NCBI GenBank assembly: GCA_963674735.2
Contig: CAXXQS010000001.1
Coordinates: 1,696,001 to 1,760,000 of the forward strand
Direction: 5' to 3'
Length of the DNA: 64,000 nt
Source: Myxococcota bacterium
GTDB lineage: Bacteria; Myxococcota_A; SURF-8
Part shown: piece after piece, positions 21,170 to 31,863 of the stretch
How the letters are laid out: the number at the start of each line of letters is the position of its first letter
Position numbering within the stretch: position 1 is the first letter of the stretch
Notes under the pieces: generated by a model
What the model was told of the DNA's origin: nothing
Database searches by the model: none
Seen by the model: the letters and a program-made list of their open reading frames with translations, nothing else
Made by a program: the position numbers and the translations under genes

Positions 21170-22690
21170 CTACTGCCCTGCCATAGCAGAGGCGGCTCCT
21201 CCGGCCCCCACTCCCAAAAGGGTCCGAATATCCTCATCCTCGAACTGAATCCCGGCCCCGACGAAATAATCACGTGTCGCATCGTTGATGATATCATCCA
21301 CACCACCGCTGAGAAACAAATGTCGCCAGATCTCGACATTGATCTGCGACTTCAGCCGCGGGTACACTTCACCAGTCGCCAATTCATTGATATCGTTTCT
21401 AATTTTCAATATGTCGTCGAAGAATTCCATATCAAAACCTACTCCGCCCGAATTTTCGATCAAACCGAAACGAACCGTAGCGAAATGAAAACGTTGGGCG
21501 TAGAGTAATGAGACCTTCAACGAATCGCTGGTAACGGTCTTATCCTCTCGAATGTAGGCATCCCGGCTCGAATCAGTACTGCGGGTGATGGTGCGATACT
21601 TTCGGGTACGTCCCTTGGGATCATCGACCACTGAAAGCTGGTAATACTTGTTTGCGCTTGGCATTAACTTCAGCGAAACCGCGGTCTTGGCTGAAATCTG
21701 GCGCGGATAGAAATCACTTTGAACATGAAACAGAAAGCGTAAATCGCGTAGTTTACGAGCGTAGTCCCCCGCTGCCGAGGCGACATCCTTGATATCTTGA
21801 CCGACCTGCTCATCATTGATCAACGTTCCTACCGCCCCCTTGCCATTATCCACTTTTTCGGCCACCGAAACAGAGTGGTCCAGGGTTTTCTGGAGTTGGT
21901 CGAAATTCTTCTCCAATTTAGCCAGCACCACGTCAACCTGATCGAGCGACCCATCGAGCCGCTCCCCCTGACGATCGACCATTCCTTTAAGCGATGCCGT
22001 CAATTCACGAATTTGCGACAGAATCAGGCGCACTTCCGCACGGCTTTCCCCGCTTATCCCGGAGATATTGGCTGTCAAACGTTCGGTATTTTGCAGAATA
22101 CGATCGAGATTCGCAACGTTATCCAGCGCACTTCGGTCGAGAGCACGGGTAATACCGTTGAGATGATCCACCATTTCGCGCACCGACCCTCGCGTGGGGT
22201 CGTCATTTTCCATAATCGACTTGAGCGAGGCCGTCACATCGCGCAGATCCTCGGCAATAAAACCAAGCTTGATCATCATGTCGTTGAAACCTGGCGTGGG
22301 AATGATGCGACGAATCTCACTGCCATCATCCAGCACAGCTTTTCCAGGCGTGCCGGGAGAAATTTCCAGTAGACTGGTACCCAACATGGATTCCTGGATT
22401 TTGCGAATCGCGGCATCCTCGTGCAACACCACATCTTTTCGTATGCGTAAGTGCACACGGGCACGCCCGTTTTCCAGCTCGACATTTTCGATTTCACCAA
22501 CAGCGATTCCCGCGATGAGCACACGCGACTTGCGAACCAGCCCCATGGCGTCGTCAAACACCGCGCTGACGCGGTAACCGCCACCACGCGTGATCGGACT
22601 ATCCGAGGTTTGCACGATGTACCAGGCGAAACCCAAGACACCCACCAGCATCATCAATCCGACTTTCATGGGCGTCAAGCGCTGTCGCAT
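21170..22690 (-). CDS. mlaD: MCE/MlaD family protein
   Basis: N-terminal TM, FDDAMGL...V.IAGIAVG.I MCE domain, and a long helical region; follows mlaE and mlaF. Confidence 0.85.
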   Translation of the reverse strand: MRQRLTPMKVGLMMLVGVLGFAWYIVQTSDSPITRGGGYRVSAVFDDAMGLVRKSRVLIAGIAVGEIENVELENGRARVHLRIRKDVVLHEDAAIRKIQESMLGTSLLEISPGTPGKAVLDDGSEIRRIIPTPGFNDMMIKLGFIAEDLRDVTASLKSIMENDDPTRGSVREMVDHLNGITRALDRSALDNVANLDRILQNTERLTANISGISGESRAEVRLILSQIRELTASLKGMVDRQGERLDGSLDQVDVVLAKLEKNFDQLQKTLDHSVSVAEKVDNGKGAVGTLINDEQVGQDIKDVASAAGDYARKLRDLRFLFHVQSDFYPRQISAKTAVSLKLMPSANKYYQLSVVDDPKGRTRKYRTITRSTDSSRDAYIREDKTVTSDSLKVSLLYAQRFHFATVRFGLIENSGGVGFDMEFFDDILKIRNDINELATGEVYPRLKSQINVEIWRHLFLSGGVDDIINDATRDYFVGAGIQFEDEDIRTLLGVGAGGAASAMAGQ

Positions 22691-22748
22691 ACCCGTTTCG
22701 ATCCTTTCTTTCTTGTCCCTACGGCTGCCAATTTGGGCATCAACCCAT

Positions 22749-23492
22749 TCAGCTGGCGGCTCTAATAAAATCCTTTACGAAGGGATGTTCACTCATTTGC
22801 AGATCTGCAGGCGATCCTTCGGCCACAATGCGCCCGCCCTCCAGCACCGCGATACGGTCGGCGATACGCAGGGCAGTCGGAATATCGTGGCTGATCACCA
22901 CTGACGTGACGTTTTGCGCTTTTTGTGTGCGCACGATCAGACTATCGATCTGCTCGACCATCAACGGGTCCAGCCCGGTGGTCGGTTCATCGTACAAAAT
23001 AATGTCGGGATCAAGAGCGATGGCACGTGCCAATCCTACCCGTTTGCGCATCCCACCCGATAACTGGGAGGGCAGCTTACGCTCCACTCCCGGCAATCCG
23101 ACCAATTCCAATTTGCGTGCAACCGTCTCGCGGATCTTGCGCTCATCCAAACGCGTGTGCTCACGCAGAGGAAAAGCTATGTTTTCATAGACATCCAAGG
23201 AATCGAACAGCGCCGCATCCTGAAACAACATTCCGAAGCGGCGACGCACTGCATTCATTTCACGTTCACCAAGCCGGGTGATATCGGCCCCTTCCACCCA
23301 GACTTCACCAGAATCGGGGGCCAATAGCCCGATCATATGTTTGAGCATCACACTTTTACCAGTCCCCGAGCGACCCAGCACAAACGTGATTTTTCCACGG
23401 GGCACTTCGAAATCAAGGTTATCAAGAACCGTTTGCTCGCCAAAGCGTTTGGTAACGCCGACAAAGCGAATCGGGACCGGACGCTCACTCAT
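22749..23492 (-). CDS. mlaF: MlaF-type ABC ATPase
   Basis: GRSGTGKS, LFQDAALFDSL, LSGGMRKRVGLARA and YDEPTTGLDP motifs. Confidence 0.9.
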   Translation of the reverse strand: MSERPVPIRFVGVTKRFGEQTVLDNLDFEVPRGKITFVLGRSGTGKSVMLKHMIGLLAPDSGEVWVEGADITRLGEREMNAVRRRFGMLFQDAALFDSLDVYENIAFPLREHTRLDERKIRETVARKLELVGLPGVERKLPSQLSGGMRKRVGLARAIALDPDIILYDEPTTGLDPLMVEQIDSLIVRTQKAQNVTSVVISHDIPTALRIADRIAVLEGGRIVAEGSPADLQMSEHPFVKDFIRAAS

Positions 23493-24283
23493 GACCACAC
23501 CTTCTGTTCGAACAGCGTCATGAACAATTGGGTGAGGAAGTAGTCCACCACAAGAATCATCACCGAAGCGGTTACGACAGCCTGGGTTGTGGATCGGCCG
23601 ACGCCACGCGCGCCCCCCAAGGTGTAATACCCCTTGAAACAGCCAACCATGGACATGACGAAGGCAAACACCATGCTTTTACTCAATCCGATATAAATGT
23701 CCATGGGATCGACAAACCAACGGATATTGTCCATGAAAATACCCTTGTCGATTCCTTCCATTAACACGGCCACGAGATAGGACCCCGAAATACCGATGAT
23801 GTTGAAGACCATCACCAAAACCGGCATCATCAGCACGGCGGCGAGCACGCGGGGCACAACCAGGTAATGAATGGGATTGACGGCCATCGCCGTTAAGGCG
23901 TCCACCTGCTCGGTAACACGCATCGTCCCGATTTCGGCGGCCATGGCCGATCCGCAACGGCCGGTCACCATCAGACAACACAAAACCGGGGCGAGTTCGC
24001 GCGTCAAACTGAGCGCCACCATGGAGCCCACCATACTCTGGGCATTAAACATGCGTAGGCCGAGAATCGTTTGCAGCGCAAAAACCGCACCGGTAAAGAA
24101 ACCGGTAAGCAAGATAATCGAGAGCGACTGGTTCCCGACAAATTCCATTTGCTGCAACAGCAATCGCAAACGAAACGGGCGACGAAAGGCCCACCTCAAC
24201 ACATCGGCCATCATCAAGCCGAACAAGCCGATATTCTCGACCGTCCGGCCGATAATCCTATTTATTTGTCCCCGTTCTTTCAC
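23489..24283 (-). CDS. mlaE: MlaE-type ABC permease
   Basis: RELAPV..GRCGSAMAAEIGTMRVTEQVDAL and GGARGVGRSTT motifs. Confidence 0.92.
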   Translation of the reverse strand: MKERGQINRIIGRTVENIGLFGLMMADVLRWAFRRPFRLRLLLQQMEFVGNQSLSIILLTGFFTGAVFALQTILGLRMFNAQSMVGSMVALSLTRELAPVLCCLMVTGRCGSAMAAEIGTMRVTEQVDALTAMAVNPIHYLVVPRVLAAVLMMPVLVMVFNIIGISGSYLVAVLMEGIDKGIFMDNIRWFVDPMDIYIGLSKSMVFAFVMSMVGCFKGYYTLGGARGVGRSTTQAVVTASVMILVVDYFLTQLFMTLFEQKVWS

Positions 24284-24520
24284 GGCTCCCCTTCGAAAAG
24301 GCGAACTCCTCTGTATCCGACTCCCGTATGAACCAAGTTTACCACCTTGAAGAGTTTTAGCAAGCCTTCGCTCCCGTTTCCTTCATTTAAGAAGTAAGGA
24401 ATGAGGATCCTAACCAATCATTGAAAGATCGGATGAAAGCAGCTGGTTCGATAGGCAAGGGAGATCCCGTTTGGGACATGCAATTGAGGAGTGACGACCT
24501 TAGAAATCCCCGGCCCCACG

Positions 24521-24557
24521 AAAAAGAAAAAGGCCCCGGCTTGAAAGCCGGAGCCTT
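24521..24557 (-). terminator. Intrinsic terminator downstream of rho
   Basis: On the minus strand, hairpin AAGGCTCCGGCTT-TC-AAGCCGGGGCCTT followed by TTTCTTTTT. Confidence 0.75.
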
Positions 24558-24580
24558 GATAAGTCGAGCTTGGAGACAGA

Positions 24581-26236
24581 TCAACCACCCATGCTATCGA
24601 GAAACTCCTGGTTGGTTTTGGTCTTACGAACTTTGTCGAGCAGGAATTCCATGGCATCGAGGACGGATAGCGGATGCAGCAGCTTGCGCAGAATCCACAT
24701 GCGGTTCAGTTCGTCCTGATGCATAAGCAACTCTTCCTTACGAGTTGCCGAGCGGTTGATGTCGAGGCAGGGGAAGACACGTTTTTCCATCAAACGACGG
24801 TCGAGGTGCAGTTCGCTGTTACCGGTTCCCTTGAATTCCTCGAAAATAACTTCGTCCATGCGACTGCCGGTATCGATGAGCGCGGTACCGATGATCGTAA
24901 GCGATCCACCTTCTTCGATGTTACGCGCGGCACCCAGAAAACGCTTCGGCTTATGCAAAGCATTGGAATCCACACCACCCGAGAGGATCTTGCCGGAAGG
25001 CGGCACCACGGTGTTGTAGGCACGTGCCAGACGGGTAATCGAATCGAGCAAGATGACAACATCGTTCCGATGCTCCACCAACCGTTTCGCCTTTTCAATA
25101 ACCATTTCAGCCACTTGAACGTGACGTGTGGCTGGCTCGTCGAAGGTGGAGGAAATCACTTCACCCTGCACCGAGCGCTCCATGTCGGTCACTTCCTCGG
25201 GGCGTTCATCGATCAGCAGAACAATAAGGATGATTTCCGGATGGTTCGCGGTAATGGCGTTGGCAATGTCCTGCAGCAACATCGTTTTACCGGCGCGCGG
25301 AGGCGACACCACCAAACAGCGTTGGCCTTTACCCAACGGAGTCAGCAGGTTCAGGATACGCGTCGAATAATTGGTATTTTTGTATTCCAGGTTGATGCGA
25401 TCCAACGGATACAGCGGCGTCAGATTATCGAACAAGATCTTGTCGCGGGCGTACTCGGGATCCTGGAAGTTAACCTTTTCCACCTTCAACAGTGCGTAGT
25501 AGCGTTCGTTTTCCTTGGGAGGCCTGATCTGGCCTGAAATGGTATCGCCGGTACGCAGATTGAAACGACGAATTTGCGAAGGACTGACATAGATGTCATC
25601 GGGGCCGGGCAGATAATTGTAATCGGGGCTACGCAAAAAGCCGAAGCCGTCGGGCAAGGTTTCCAGCACGCCCTCGGAATAAATATTTCCTTCCTTCTCA
25701 GATTGATTCTGAAGAATCGCGAAAATCAATTCCTGCTTACGCATACCGGAAGCGCCTTCAACCCCCAGGTCGACGGCCATATGCGTGAGATCTTTAATGT
25801 TTGTTTCCTTGAGAACATTCAGGTTGATACGCAGGCCGGACTCATCTTTGACGATGGCCTCGACACGTCCTTCCCCGTTGCGGTTCCAAGATAAAATCTT
25901 GGCCTGATATTCATTGGCCGCGTTGGGTGTGGCCTCTTCATCCTGACTGCCTTCCTTGATATCCAGATCGAGTTGCGCATCGGCACCCGCTTCTGCAGCA
26001 TCACTGACCTTGGATTCGTCATCAGCCGGGGTCTCGGCTTCCTGCGACGTTTTTTTAGCACGCACAACATCGCGGAAAGAGTCTTCCGCCGACTGTCGAC
26101 TGGCGTTGCGACGCGTGGGACGGGACGAGGAGGACGACTCGGGACGAATAATAACCCGACGTCTGGTTTTTTTCTTCGGCTTTTCCACTCCGCTCTCGCC
26201 ACCCTTGCCGTTAGGGGTATCTCCGTTCTTCGTCAC
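24581..26236 (-). CDS. rho: Transcription termination factor Rho with a charged N-terminal extension
   Basis: [40 protein letters not shown] and EEFKGTGN motifs. GAGGAGG RBS before GTG at 26236. Confidence 0.97.
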   Translation of the reverse strand: MTKNGDTPNGKGGESGVEKPKKKTRRRVIIRPESSSSSRPTRRNASRQSAEDSFRDVVRAKKTSQEAETPADDESKVSDAAEAGADAQLDLDIKEGSQDEEATPNAANEYQAKILSWNRNGEGRVEAIVKDESGLRINLNVLKETNIKDLTHMAVDLGVEGASGMRKQELIFAILQNQSEKEGNIYSEGVLETLPDGFGFLRSPDYNYLPGPDDIYVSPSQIRRFNLRTGDTISGQIRPPKENERYYALLKVEKVNFQDPEYARDKILFDNLTPLYPLDRINLEYKNTNYSTRILNLLTPLGKGQRCLVVSPPRAGKTMLLQDIANAITANHPEIILIVLLIDERPEEVTDMERSVQGEVISSTFDEPATRHVQVAEMVIEKAKRLVEHRNDVVILLDSITRLARAYNTVVPPSGKILSGGVDSNALHKPKRFLGAARNIEEGGSLTIIGTALIDTGSRMDEVIFEEFKGTGNSELHLDRRLMEKRVFPCLDINRSATRKEELLMHQDELNRMWILRKLLHPLSVLDAMEFLLDKVRKTKTNQEFLDSMGG

Positions 26237-26738
26237 GCTTTCCTCCTCGGTTTCTTTCCTAATTGATTCCAATATGTGAATCGGCGTATGCTCATGCTTA
26301 CGGTCCCGTCCCAGATCAACTCTGGATGTCTGTAGGTTCCATTGGATTGGAGATCCGGGTGCGGGAAAAGATCCTCTCATCGGCTATCGATGAGTTTTAG
26401 GTTGGTCTGTTTTGGGCTCAGTGTCTCCTAATTACTACTGCACGCTCACTTCAATTAATGGCAAGAATGCACGAAACGCATTGTGATTAACTTCCAGGAA
26501 TCAGTCTTGATGCAGAAGTGACATAGACTGAGAATGAGGAAACATCAAATGGAGCATGGCTCATTCGTAATTAAGTTTAGTAAACCGCCCGCAGTTGTCA
26601 AGCTTTTTATCGCAACACGATGTTTTTTTTCAGTGGTTCAAAGAAGTTGTCCGGCCATGCAAAGCCACCAAGCTTGACAGTGGCACCGCCTGCAGGTACA
26701 AAGTTCTATCATTGTGACGATAACGAAAAGGAGTCACC

Positions 26739-27944
26739 ATGGCCGCATCCGCTCCACCGATCTATTTGCCTCTCAGTAAGCTCGATGCGTGCTGGCGCGA
26801 GCGCTTCGCCGATAATCAGTCAATCAAACGCGCTTGGGCGGCTGCTCCGGGACGTGTGAATTTGATTGGGGAACATACGGATTACCACGGCGGCTTCGTC
26901 ATGCCGGCCGCCATCGATCTTAAAACTTACGTGTGGGCGGCACCGCGCAAAGACAATCGCCTGCGCTGCTATTCCATTAACCTGGATGAAAGCTTCGAGG
27001 CGGACCTCGATCATCCCGACCCCGAAAAGCTACCCGGTTGGGCACGTTACATCGCCGGGGCGGCCTGGGCTTTGCGCGAAAGTGGTTTCGCTCTGGACGG
27101 CATCGATGTAGTCGTGTGGGGGATGGTTCCGTTCGGCGGAGGCTTGTCCAGTTCCGCTTCTGTTGAAATTGCCTTCATTACACTTTGGGAAGCCCTTAAC
27201 GAACTGCCCCTTACTCCGCGCCACAAGGCTGAAATCGGACAGCTGGCCGAAAACAAATTCGTCGGCGTGCCATGCGGCATCATGGACCAGTTTGCATCAT
27301 CCGCCTGCAAAGCCGGACATGCGCTCAAACTCGACTGCCGCAGCTTGGAAACAGAATCCGTTGTAATACCGGACACATGGCGCATGGTTGTTTGCGACAC
27401 GGGTGTACGCCACGAACTTGCCTCATCGGAATACGCCAAACGCCAGGCTGAATGCGGCGAAGGTGTTAAACGGATTCAAACCGATCACCCGGATGTCGAA
27501 CTCCTGCGCGATGTCACCGACGGCATGCTGGATGCGGTTCGCGACGAGCTCGATCCGATCGTCTATCGCCGCTGCCGCTACGCACTCGACGAAAACAGCC
27601 GCGTCCACCGCTTCGCAAACGCTTTGCGCGACGGCAACGCCGACGTTGTGGGTGAAGTTATGGCGGCCGGACACGCCGGCCTGCGTGACGACTACAGCGT
27701 CAGTTGCGCGGAACTGGACCGCGCCGTTGAACTGGCTAACAACATTCCAGGGCTAATCGGCGCACGCATGACAGGCGGCGGTTTTGGCGGCTGCACGGTA
27801 AACTTGGTGCATGCCGAACAGGCCGATGCCTTTCGCGAAACGTTAGAAGATGCGTATAAAACTTTTTCCGGCGGCAAAGGTGGCGCACTACTTTTGAAGG
27901 CCGGCTCAGGTGCAGAAGGGGGAAGCCTTGACATCACTGAATGA
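26739..27944 (+). CDS. galK: Galactokinase
   Basis: APGRVNLIGEHTDY, GGGLSSSAS, CGIMDQ and GARMTGGGFGGC motifs. Confidence 0.95.
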   Translation: MAASAPPIYLPLSKLDACWRERFADNQSIKRAWAAAPGRVNLIGEHTDYHGGFVMPAAIDLKTYVWAAPRKDNRLRCYSINLDESFEADLDHPDPEKLPGWARYIAGAAWALRESGFALDGIDVVVWGMVPFGGGLSSSASVEIAFITLWEALNELPLTPRHKAEIGQLAENKFVGVPCGIMDQFASSACKAGHALKLDCRSLETESVVIPDTWRMVVCDTGVRHELASSEYAKRQAECGEGVKRIQTDHPDVELLRDVTDGMLDAVRDELDPIVYRRCRYALDENSRVHRFANALRDGNADVVGEVMAAGHAGLRDDYSVSCAELDRAVELANNIPGLIGARMTGGGFGGCTVNLVHAEQADAFRETLEDAYKTFSGGKGGALLLKAGSGAEGGSLDITE

Positions 27945-29763
27945 CCTGATCAACGACTACCCGGCACTCGCCGAGGTACTGATCGACCCGCAGGTCGAAG
28001 CTCGGATGACCGAGCTAACCGAACTCGGACTCGCCGCATCGATCCGAAAATACATGGGAAACGCCGACCGCGAAACCTGGAATCGTTTTCTCGATGCTTG
28101 TATTCAGCTTGATCTAGCTCATCTGCGTCACCACCGAGAAGCTCTGCTGAATCCCGAAGAAAACCCACCCGAGTCGAATCTCGAACCGTTGAAAGCCGAT
28201 CCGGATCAAGCCGAAAACGCTTCTACGGATCTAAAGAAAGGGCTGGAGGCACTCGCCGCAGGCCGCATCGGAACGGCCGTCTTCGCGGGAGGAGCAGGCA
28301 CTCGTTTCTTCAAGGAATGGCCCCAACTCGCCGATGTCGTCTCCAGTCCCAATGAAGCTCTGCGCTCCAACTGGCCCGAGGCATCCAACCCCAAGGGCAT
28401 GTTTCCGATTTCACCGGTACAAGGCCTGTCTTACTACCAGCGTGTCGCCGCCGAAACCCTGGAAGCAGGTGTTGCGACGGGTTGCTTGCCTCCGTTGCTG
28501 TTTATGACCAGCCGCCTCACGCACTCCGCGACCGAGGCCTGGCTCGATCGGGATCCCCTGTGGGGCATGCCCAAAGACGCCATTATCCTTTTCCGGCAAG
28601 GAGAAATCCCGCGACTGGACGCCGAGGGCGATCTGATCATTCAGCCCGACGGCGACCCGCTGTGGACCGGCAACGGTCATGGCGGCATCTACGCTGCCCT
28701 GAGCCAGTCATCCGAGGGACACCGTTCCGTTCTTGAAGATCTGAAGCGTGCCGGTGTGGAACATTTGCTGTTGGGCAATGTTGACAATGCCGCTCTCAGC
28801 CCCCTTGAACCGACACGCATCGGCTATCACCTGCGTAAAAACAATCAATTCACCCTGACGGTCGTACGCCGTAGCGATCCCACCGAAAAAGTCGGGATGA
28901 CCTGTCGTTACGCCGATACGCAACGTGTGGAAGTAATCGAATATAGCGTCCTCGATCCGGCCTTATCCGCCCAACCGGACCCGGCGGGCGGGCTACGTTT
29001 CGACGGCGCTCATATCAACAGCAATCTGCTGGCTCTCGAAGCCCTGCGTAGCGATCTGCCCGGCACTCTGTACACCGACAAACCCGTGAAGGTCGGGGAG
29101 CGCTCTGTGGCGTCCAGCACATTGGAATTCCTCAACCAACACCTCTCCGGCTTGCTCGATCCGTCCCGCGTATCGGTCTACGAAGGAATGCGCGAAGCGT
29201 ATTTTCTCCCGACAAAGGCGATTGTCGGGCGCGACTCGGTTGAAAGCACCATCCATGCCTTGTCGGAAACTGCAGCCAACACGCTGGAACGCTTGGGGGC
29301 CAATATCGCCTGCGACCAAAGCGGTGCGGCGGCTTTGGTCGAATGGCATCCCTGCATGGGCGGAAGCGACAACGATCTGTCTTCACGCGGACTGGCCAAA
29401 GGCTGGCACTGCGAAGCGGGCAGCCGCCTCTATCTGTGCGTCCGCCACGGATTGAAAGCTGACCTTCCTCCGTTCAGCAGCGGCTTGAATCTGGAAAGAA
29501 CGGCCACATTCATTTTGCGCGCAGACCATCCGTATGGTGACTTGGAATTCGACCCAGCCACTCGCCGCATCCGTGAAACCCCCGAAAGTGCAGGCAAAGT
29601 GTCGGTGGGGCGAAATGTCAGAATTCAGGCCGGTATACGAGTGGTTATCGATATCGAAGGCGACGGTCGCCTGACGATCGCCGATGATACCGTTTTCGCC
29701 GACGACGTCGAATTGCGTGTCCCTGCCGGACAACACATGCTACTGGGTATTCCAACAGCATAA
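27928..29763 (+). CDS. UDPGP-family (eukaryote-type) UDP-sugar pyrophosphorylase
   Basis: AGGAGTR, PKG, GNGHGG, NVDN, EKVG, IEYS and FLPTK motifs; beta-helix-like C-terminus; overlaps the galK stop. Confidence 0.8.
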   Translation: MTSLNDLINDYPALAEVLIDPQVEARMTELTELGLAASIRKYMGNADRETWNRFLDACIQLDLAHLRHHREALLNPEENPPESNLEPLKADPDQAENASTDLKKGLEALAAGRIGTAVFAGGAGTRFFKEWPQLADVVSSPNEALRSNWPEASNPKGMFPISPVQGLSYYQRVAAETLEAGVATGCLPPLLFMTSRLTHSATEAWLDRDPLWGMPKDAIILFRQGEIPRLDAEGDLIIQPDGDPLWTGNGHGGIYAALSQSSEGHRSVLEDLKRAGVEHLLLGNVDNAALSPLEPTRIGYHLRKNNQFTLTVVRRSDPTEKVGMTCRYADTQRVEVIEYSVLDPALSAQPDPAGGLRFDGAHINSNLLALEALRSDLPGTLYTDKPVKVGERSVASSTLEFLNQHLSGLLDPSRVSVYEGMREAYFLPTKAIVGRDSVESTIHALSETAANTLERLGANIACDQSGAAALVEWHPCMGGSDNDLSSRGLAKGWHCEAGSRLYLCVRHGLKADLPPFSSGLNLERTATFILRADHPYGDLEFDPATRRIRETPESAGKVSVGRNVRIQAGIRVVIDIEGDGRLTIADDTVFADDVELRVPAGQHMLLGIPTA

Positions 29764-29864
29764 AACGTGACGCAAAAAGATCTGGAGGGAAGCATTCGCA
29801 CCTTGACAAGGCGCGCCATTTCAGGGATAACCGCAGGCGAACGTTGATAATTAAGGAGAAATCG

Positions 29865-30992
29865 ATGGCAAAAGCCAAAGTAGCGGTTTTGAGAACCCGA
29901 CCGGAAACAGCGGTCGAAGATTACCGACGATTGATGGAACTGGCGGGGGCCGATCAGGCGATGGATACCTCCGCCACGACCATCTTAAAAGACAATATCA
30001 CGTGGCACCTCGCCTTTCCGGGCGTCAATACCACTCCTTGGCAGCTTGAAGGCACCTACCTGGGTCTGAAAGATCTGGGCTTCGGTGAAATCGTGGATGT
30101 ACACAACCACACGGTCGTGACCGACCCGCACAAAGGCGAAGTCAATCTGCACTTCAAGGCGGTATATGACAAATACGAGATCCCGCGCAAGTTCAATTTC
30201 CTTGAGTCGGACATGCGTTGGGATATTTACCAGCCCAAAGCGAAAATGCACGCACTGGACAAGATTTTTCCCGATGGAATCCGGGTACCCGATTACTTCC
30301 ACGGCAAGAACATCGTGCATCTTCCCACCATGAAAACGCACACTTACACCACCTACACCGGCGCATTGAAAAACGCCTTCGGCGGTCTGCTGAACTTCCG
30401 GCGGCACTACACTCACACCTGGATTCACGAAACCCTGGTGGACCTGCTGGCCATCCAAAAAGAGATTCATACCGGTATTTTCGCCACTATGGACGGCACC
30501 AGCGCGGCCGAAGGGCCCGGTCCCCGCACCGTGATTCCTCACGACAAAAACGTGATTTTGGCCTCAGCCGACCAAGTCGCCATCGATGCCGTCTCGGCCA
30601 AAGCCATGGGCTTCGATCCCATGTCGATTCCCTGCATTCGCATGGCCCACGACGACGGACTGGGTATCGGCGACCCGCGCGAAATAGAGATTGTCGGCGA
30701 TGATTTCATCCTGAACGAAAACTGGGGCTTCACCGTTGGTGCGAACTTCGCGACCGGAACCGGTAAGTTGCTGTGGCACTCGCCGCTGAAAGTCTTCCAG
30801 AACCTGCTGTTCCATTCTCCCCTGGTACACCTGTTCGTCAACGCCTCGGCGGTTTATCACGACCAGATATGGTATCCGATGAACGGCAAGAAAATCGTCG
30901 ACCATTGGCTCGACACCTCGCCCTGGGGAGCGCTGTTCAAGCAGTACGAACGTGCGGAGCAAATTCCCGAACGTCCGGCACACAAAAAATAG
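29865..30992 (+). CDS. DUF362 domain protein
   Basis: ILKDNITWH, HLPTMKTH, TGALKNAFGG and ILASADQVAIDAV motifs; AAGGAG RBS. Confidence 0.8.
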   Translation: MAKAKVAVLRTRPETAVEDYRRLMELAGADQAMDTSATTILKDNITWHLAFPGVNTTPWQLEGTYLGLKDLGFGEIVDVHNHTVVTDPHKGEVNLHFKAVYDKYEIPRKFNFLESDMRWDIYQPKAKMHALDKIFPDGIRVPDYFHGKNIVHLPTMKTHTYTTYTGALKNAFGGLLNFRRHYTHTWIHETLVDLLAIQKEIHTGIFATMDGTSAAEGPGPRTVIPHDKNVILASADQVAIDAVSAKAMGFDPMSIPCIRMAHDDGLGIGDPREIEIVGDDFILNENWGFTVGANFATGTGKLLWHSPLKVFQNLLFHSPLVHLFVNASAVYHDQIWYPMNGKKIVDHWLDTSPWGALFKQYERAEQIPERPAHKK

Positions 30993-31018
30993 AGTAATTC
31001 GAGGATCGAAACTGATAT

Positions 31019-31046
31019 CGGGCGGCCTGCGGGTCGCCCGTTTTTT
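31019..31046 (+). terminator. Intrinsic terminator
   Basis: Stem CGGGCGGCC/GGTCGCCCG followed by T6. Confidence 0.8.
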
Positions 31047-31059
31047 GGGTAGATAAGAG

Positions 31060-31863
31060 TGACCTGACCCCCTAACGGGAATCCAGTTCTGATGTTAGAA
31101 TTCAGCTGAATTTCCTAGAAAGGAGTCGCGGTTATGGCGAAGCGAAGGAGTGTTGAAAACATCATCGGTCAGTTGCGCAAGGTCGAAGTTTTGCAATCCC
31201 AGGGGCAAACGATTGCGCAGTCTGTCAAGGCAATTGGCGTAACAGAGCAAACCTACTACCGTTGGCGCAAAGAGTATGGCCGTTTGAATCTGGACCAGGC
31301 CAAACGTCTGCGCGAGCTTGAGGATGAAAACGCCCGTCTGAAGAAGCTGGTGGCCGATCTGTCCCTGGACAAGGCGATCCTGAAGGAAGTTGCCGAGGGA
31401 AAGTTCTGAGCCCTGCGAAGCGGCAAGCGGCGGTGAGGCATGTGATGGCGATCCAGCATGTTTCCGAGCGTCGGGCTTGTTGCGTCCTGGGCCAGCCCCG
31501 TTCGACCCAACGTCGCGTTCGAATTTCTCGCTCGGACGAAGCTCTGCTGACCCAAGCTATTGTCAAATTGGCAAGCCGTTACGGACGCTACGGATATCGT
31601 CGGATCACTGCGCTCTTACGCGCAGACGGCTGGCGTGTCAACCACAAGCGGGTGGCTCGGATCTGGCGTGAGCAGGGATTGAAAGTACCGAAGAAGCAGC
31701 CGAAGCGCGGGAGATTGTGGCTGAATGATGGGAGTTGTATTCGACTGCGGTCACTCTTTACTGATCATGTTTGGAGCTATGATTTCGTGCAGGATCGCAC
31801 ACGCGATGGGAGAGCTTTGCGAATTCTGTGCGTGATCGACGAGTACAGCCGGGAGTGTTTGGC
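31060..31863 (+). mobile_element. Truncated IS3-family element (IS407-like): orfA 31134-31409, orfB cut at 31863
   Basis: TGACCTGACCCC left end, orfA HTH (TYYRWRK), and orfB RYGYRRI and HVWSYDF..DEYSRECL. It is interrupted by a second IS and no remainder is found. Confidence 0.85.

Noticed and set aside
24674-25537. Long antisense ORFs over rho, lexA/DUF72 (33597-34580) and the IS4-like transposase (52271-53182)
   Set aside because: Shadow ORFs of GC-rich coding sequence on the opposite strand of well-supported genes.
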